Assembly (NCBI GenBank): GCA_031409655.1 | Contig: JANNXQ010000280.1 | Location: 1 to 26,983 of the forward strand | From: Chthoniobacteraceae bacterium | Lineage (GTDB): Bacteria > Verrucomicrobiota > Verrucomicrobiia > Chthoniobacterales > Chthoniobacteraceae | DNA: 26,983 bases | Direction of reading: 5' to 3' | Part shown: positions 23,330 to 26,983 of the stretch, in pieces | How the letters are laid out: every line of letters starts with the position of its first letter | Position numbering within the stretch: position 1 is the first letter of the stretch | Made by a program: the position numbers and the translations under genes | The notes under the pieces: model-generated | The model's database searches: none | Told to the model about the DNA's origin: nothing | Seen by the model: the letters and a program-made list of their open reading frames with translations, nothing else

Positions 23330-26300
23330 ATGCGCCTCCTCCTCTGCTCCCTCCTCGCCCTCCCCGCCAGCGCCGTCGCTGCCCCTGCGCAGATCGACGC
23401 GCGGATGCTGCAAATGCCGGCCGTTTCCGCGACTCAGATCGCCTTTGTCTATGCCAGCGACCTCTGGATCGCCCCGAAGACCGGCGGCAATGCGGTGCGC
23501 CTCAGTTCCCCGCGCGGCACTGAGCAGTTCCCGCGCTTTTCGCCGGATGGCACCCGCATCGCCTTCAGCGGAAACTACGAGGGCGACGTGGACCTCTACT
23601 CGATGCCCGTGAGCGGCGGCGAACCGCTGCGGCTCACCCACCATGGCGCCAATGACCGGATGCTCGGCTGGTTTCCGGACGGGCAGTGGATCCTCTACGC
23701 GTCGAAGATGCAGGGCTTCACCGAGCGCGTGGGCGAACTGTACAAGGTCGCGGCCACGGGCGGCTTGCCGGTGAAGCTCCCCGTGCCCTTCGGCGAATTC
23801 GGCGCCATCTCCGCAGACGGACGGACCCTCGCCTACACCATGATCGAGACGAGTTTCGCGACGTGGAAGCGCTACCGCGGCGGCATGGCGCCGGATATCT
23901 GGCTCTACGATCTGGAGAAGGGCACGGCGGAGATCGCCGCGCCGAGCGACGCCGCGGACTCCCAGCCGATGTGGCACGGCGAAACGCTCTATTTCCTCTC
24001 CGATCGCGGCGCAGGCGCGCGGGCAAATCTCTGGAACTACGATCCGCGCACGAAGCAAACCCGGCAGGTCACGCGCTTCACGGATGCCGACGTCCACTTC
24101 CCGAGCATCGGACCGGCGGACATCGTCTTTGAGCGCGAAGGCCGGCTGCATCTCCTCGACCTCGCCACGGAGAAAGTGCGCGAAGTGCAGATCAACGTGG
24201 TGACGGATCGCACGACGCTGCGGCCGCGGGTGGAGAATGTGGCGTCGCTGATCCGCACCTCGACGATCACGCCCACCGGCAAGCGGGTGCTCATCGAAGC
24301 GCGGGGCGACATCTTCAGCATACCAGTCGAGCACGGGGTGCTGCGCAATCTCACGGATTCGAGCGGCGTGGCCGAGCGTTCGCCCGCAGCCTCCGCGGAT
24401 GGAAAGTGGGTCGCCTATTTTTCGGATCGGAGCGGCGAGTATGAGCTCACCCTGCGCGCCGCGGACGGCAAGGGGCCCGAGCAGCAGCTCACCCAACTCG
24501 GCGCCGGCTTCCGCTATCAGCCGCAGTGGTCGCCGGACTCCCAGAAGATCGTCTTTGTGGACAGCGCGATGCAGATTTTCCTCCACGATCTGAAGACGAA
24601 GACGACGGCGATCATCGACCGGCAGATGTGGTCGTATCAGGGAGAGCTCAGCCGCTTTGCCGTGAGCTGGAGCGCGGACAGTCGCTGGCTGGCCTATGCC
24701 GGCGATCAGGAAAATCAGCAATCCGCGATCATGCTCTACGACACCCGGAGCCACGAACGGCGGCAGGCGACGAGCGGATTTTACGACGACGATCTGCCGA
24801 CCTTCGACCCCGCCGGGAAGTATCTCTACTACCGCTCGAAGCGCTGGTTTGACCCGATCTATGGTGAGCTCGACAACACCTGGATCTACGCGAATGGCCA
24901 CGCGCTCGTGGCCGTGCCGCTGCGCGCGGATGGACCATCGCCGATCGCCCCGCGCAACGATGAGGAGTCCGTGAAGAAGGACGAAAAAAAGGCCGAGGAA
25001 AAGAAGCCCGAGACCACCGCGCCGAACCTCGCCGGTACCTGGAAAGGCGCGGTCTCCCTGCCCGACGGGGAGATGAAATTCACCCTCAAACTCCAGGTGG
25101 GCGCGCACGGTGAAATCACCGGCACTGCGGAAACGGAGAAGGATGAGCGAGGCACTGTGACCGGCAAATTCGACGTCACGAAAGGCACGTTCACGCTCAA
25201 CTCGGAGCTCGGCGAGGAGCACGTGGTCTTCGAGGGGAAACTCGAAGACGCCACCTTCACTGGCACCGCCTACGTGCAGGACGCGAAGCTCGCCGTGAAA
25301 GCTTCCCGCGAGGTCGCGCCGGGAACGATCGCCGCCAAGCCCGCGAACACCGCGCCGAAGCTGGTGGCGATCGACCTCGAAGGCTTCGAGTCGCGGGGCG
25401 TGATCCTGCCGCCGACGGGCGGGCGTTTCTCCTGGATCGGCGCGACGCCGGGACGCGTGCTCTTCATCCGTCCGCCGCGCGTGGGCTCCAATACGAAGAC
25501 GCACGCGCTGGTCGCTTACGATCTGGAGAAGCGGGAGGAGAAGGTCGTGATCGATGACGCGCACGGCGCGGAACTTTCCGCCGATGGCAAACGTCTGCTC
25601 GTGACCAGGCCAGGCGCGTGGCGGGTCGTGGGCAGCAGCGATGCGCCGAAATTCGACAAGACCCTGCCGACTGGATCGCTCGAGGCGGTCGTCGATCCCG
25701 TGGCGGAGTGGCGGCAGATCTTCACCGATGCGTGGCGCATCGAGCGCGACTTTTTCTACGACCCCGGGATGCACGGCGCGGACTGGCCCGCGCTGCGCAC
25801 GCGCTACGGGAAGCTCATCGACGAGTGCGCGACGCGCGCCGATGTGAACCACGTGCTCGGCGAACTCCTTGGCGAACTCAACAGCTCGCACACCTACCGC
25901 AGCGGCGGCGATCTGAACGACACGCCCGCGAGCCGCAATGTCGGTTACCTTGGCTGCGACTTCACGCTCGAGCAAGGTGCGTATCGCATCGCGAAGATCC
26001 TCGAAACCGCGCCGTGGGACATCAATACCCGCTCCCCACTGCGCCAGCCGGGCTTGAAGGTGAAAGAGGGCGACTGGCTGCTCGCGGTCAATGGCCGCCC
26101 GCTCGACACGGCGAAGGATCCCTGGGCCGCCTTCCTCGGCCTCGCGGACAAGGACGTCTTCCTCACCGTGAATGACCAACCGGTGCTCGAAGGCGCGCGC
26201 GAGGTGCTGGTGCAGCCGATCGCCAGCGAAAGCTGGGTGCGCCAATACGCATGGGTGGAAAAGAACCGCCGGCTCGTGGACGAAGCGAGCGGCGGGCAGA

Positions 26301-26893
26301 TCGGGTACATCTACGTGCTGAACACCGCGACCGAAGGGCAGAACCAGCTCGCGCGGCAATTCCGCGCGCAAGTCCACAAGCCCGGCCTGATCATCGACGA
26401 GCGTTGGAATGGGGGCGGACAAATCCCGGACCGCTTCGTCGAGCTGCTGGCGCGCAAGGTGAGCAACTACTACGCAGTCCGCGATGGGCGCGACTGGCAG
26501 AGCCCGTCCATCGCGCACACCGGCCCGAAGGCCATGCTCACGAATGGCTGGAGCGGTTCGGGCGGCGATTGCTTTCCCTTTCTCTTCCGCCAAATGCAGC
26601 TCGGCCCGCTCATCGGCACGCGCACCTGGGGCGGCCTCATCGGCATGACCGGCGCGCCACGACTCGTGGATGGCGGCGAGGTCACCGTCCCCACCTTCTC
26701 CATCTACGACCGCACCGGGAAGTGGATCATCGAAGGCTACGGCGTCGATCCCGACATCACCGTGCCGGAAGATCCCGCGCAACTCGCCAAGGGTCGCGAC
26801 CCGCAGCTCGAGCGAGCCATCGAGGAAGTGCAGAAGGCGCTGAAAGCGAACCCACCCAGGCCGCCAACGAAACCCGCGTATCCGAAGCGGTAG
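23330..26893 (+). CDS. Tricorn-type S41 family protease (1187 aa)
   Basis: Signal peptide; PD40/TolB-like propeller repeats (PRFSPDG, WSPDS); GELNSSHTY; PDZ region; IIDERWNGGG; catalytic NGWSGSGGD; IGTRTWGG; EGYGVDPD; DPQLERAI. Confidence 0.97.
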   Translation: MRLLLCSLLALPASAVAAPAQIDARMLQMPAVSATQIAFVYASDLWIAPKTGGNAVRLSSPRGTEQFPRFSPDGTRIAFSGNYEGDVDLYSMPVSGGEPLRLTHHGANDRMLGWFPDGQWILYASKMQGFTERVGELYKVAATGGLPVKLPVPFGEFGAISADGRTLAYTMIETSFATWKRYRGGMAPDIWLYDLEKGTAEIAAPSDAADSQPMWHGETLYFLSDRGAGARANLWNYDPRTKQTRQVTRFTDADVHFPSIGPADIVFEREGRLHLLDLATEKVREVQINVVTDRTTLRPRVENVASLIRTSTITPTGKRVLIEARGDIFSIPVEHGVLRNLTDSSGVAERSPAASADGKWVAYFSDRSGEYELTLRAADGKGPEQQLTQLGAGFRYQPQWSPDSQKIVFVDSAMQIFLHDLKTKTTAIIDRQMWSYQGELSRFAVSWSADSRWLAYAGDQENQQSAIMLYDTRSHERRQATSGFYDDDLPTFDPAGKYLYYRSKRWFDPIYGELDNTWIYANGHALVAVPLRADGPSPIAPRNDEESVKKDEKKAEEKKPETTAPNLAGTWKGAVSLPDGEMKFTLKLQVGAHGEITGTAETEKDERGTVTGKFDVTKGTFTLNSELGEEHVVFEGKLEDATFTGTAYVQDAKLAVKASREVAPGTIAAKPANTAPKLVAIDLEGFESRGVILPPTGGRFSWIGATPGRVLFIRPPRVGSNTKTHALVAYDLEKREEKVVIDDAHGAELSADGKRLLVTRPGAWRVVGSSDAPKFDKTLPTGSLEAVVDPVAEWRQIFTDAWRIERDFFYDPGMHGADWPALRTRYGKLIDECATRADVNHVLGELLGELNSSHTYRSGGDLNDTPASRNVGYLGCDFTLEQGAYRIAKILETAPWDINTRSPLRQPGLKVKEGDWLLAVNGRPLDTAKDPWAAFLGLADKDVFLTVNDQPVLEGAREVLVQPIASESWVRQYAWVEKNRRLVDEASGGQIGYIYVLNTATEGQNQLARQFRAQVHKPGLIIDERWNGGGQIPDRFVELLARKVSNYYAVRDGRDWQSPSIAHTGPKAMLTNGWSGSGGDCFPFLFRQMQLGPLIGTRTWGGLIGMTGAPRLVDGGEVTVPTFSIYDRTGKWIIEGYGVDPDITVPEDPAQLAKGRDPQLERAIEEVQKALKANPPRPPTKPAYPKR

Positions 26894-26921
26894 CCTGGGA
26901 GCGCCGTCGTCCTCGTGCGGC
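26894..26921 (+). repeat. Second copy of the REP-like arm (partner arm probably beyond the window edge)
   Basis: CCTGGGAGCGCCGTCGTCCTCGTGCGGC, 27/28 identical to 8939-8966, starting right after the protease stop codon. Confidence 0.85.
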
Positions 26922-26983
26922 CATCCAGGATCGAGCGCAGCGCCCATCTTCCAGACGATGAGGAACCCGGCAGGCGAAGATGG

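Noticed and set aside
23228..26947. 1239-aa antisense ORF opposite the tricorn protease
   Set aside because: Codon-aligned shadow frame expected from high GC3; no recognisable motifs.

Overview
GC-rich bacterial chromosomal window, inferred to be Verrucomicrobia (Chthoniobacterales-like) from the PEP-CTERM gene, GTP-type PEPCK, fused SecDF and starts mostly lacking Shine-Dalgarno sites. Left to right: partial pckG; cutA; a candidate copper locus (secreted/anchored His-rich protein with a predicted N-terminal His, a polytopic membrane protein with two motifs spaced like the PmoC/AmoC Cu sites, a PEP-CTERM protein, a CusF-SCO fusion lipoprotein); a minus-strand run (acylphosphatase, PilH/PilI-like ABC ATPase and permease, helical accessory protein, metallophosphoesterase, GT9 heptosyltransferase) with long hairpin elements at three gene junctions; a PHP hydrolase; mlaEFD; tRNA-Gly(GCC); yajC-secDF; a LolA-like protein; tolQ/exbB-tolR/exbD-tolA/tonB; a LOG protein; a hypothetical protein with a candidate Cys-His catalytic domain; and a tricorn-type S41 protease with an inserted domain. 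The best candidate for an undescribed system is the copper-membrane-monooxygenase-like locus at 1.9-6.3 kb. The second is the set of hairpins built from inverted heptamer or hexamer repeats, one of which appears to supply a start codon and another a stop codon. All family assignments come from motif recognition, not database searches.
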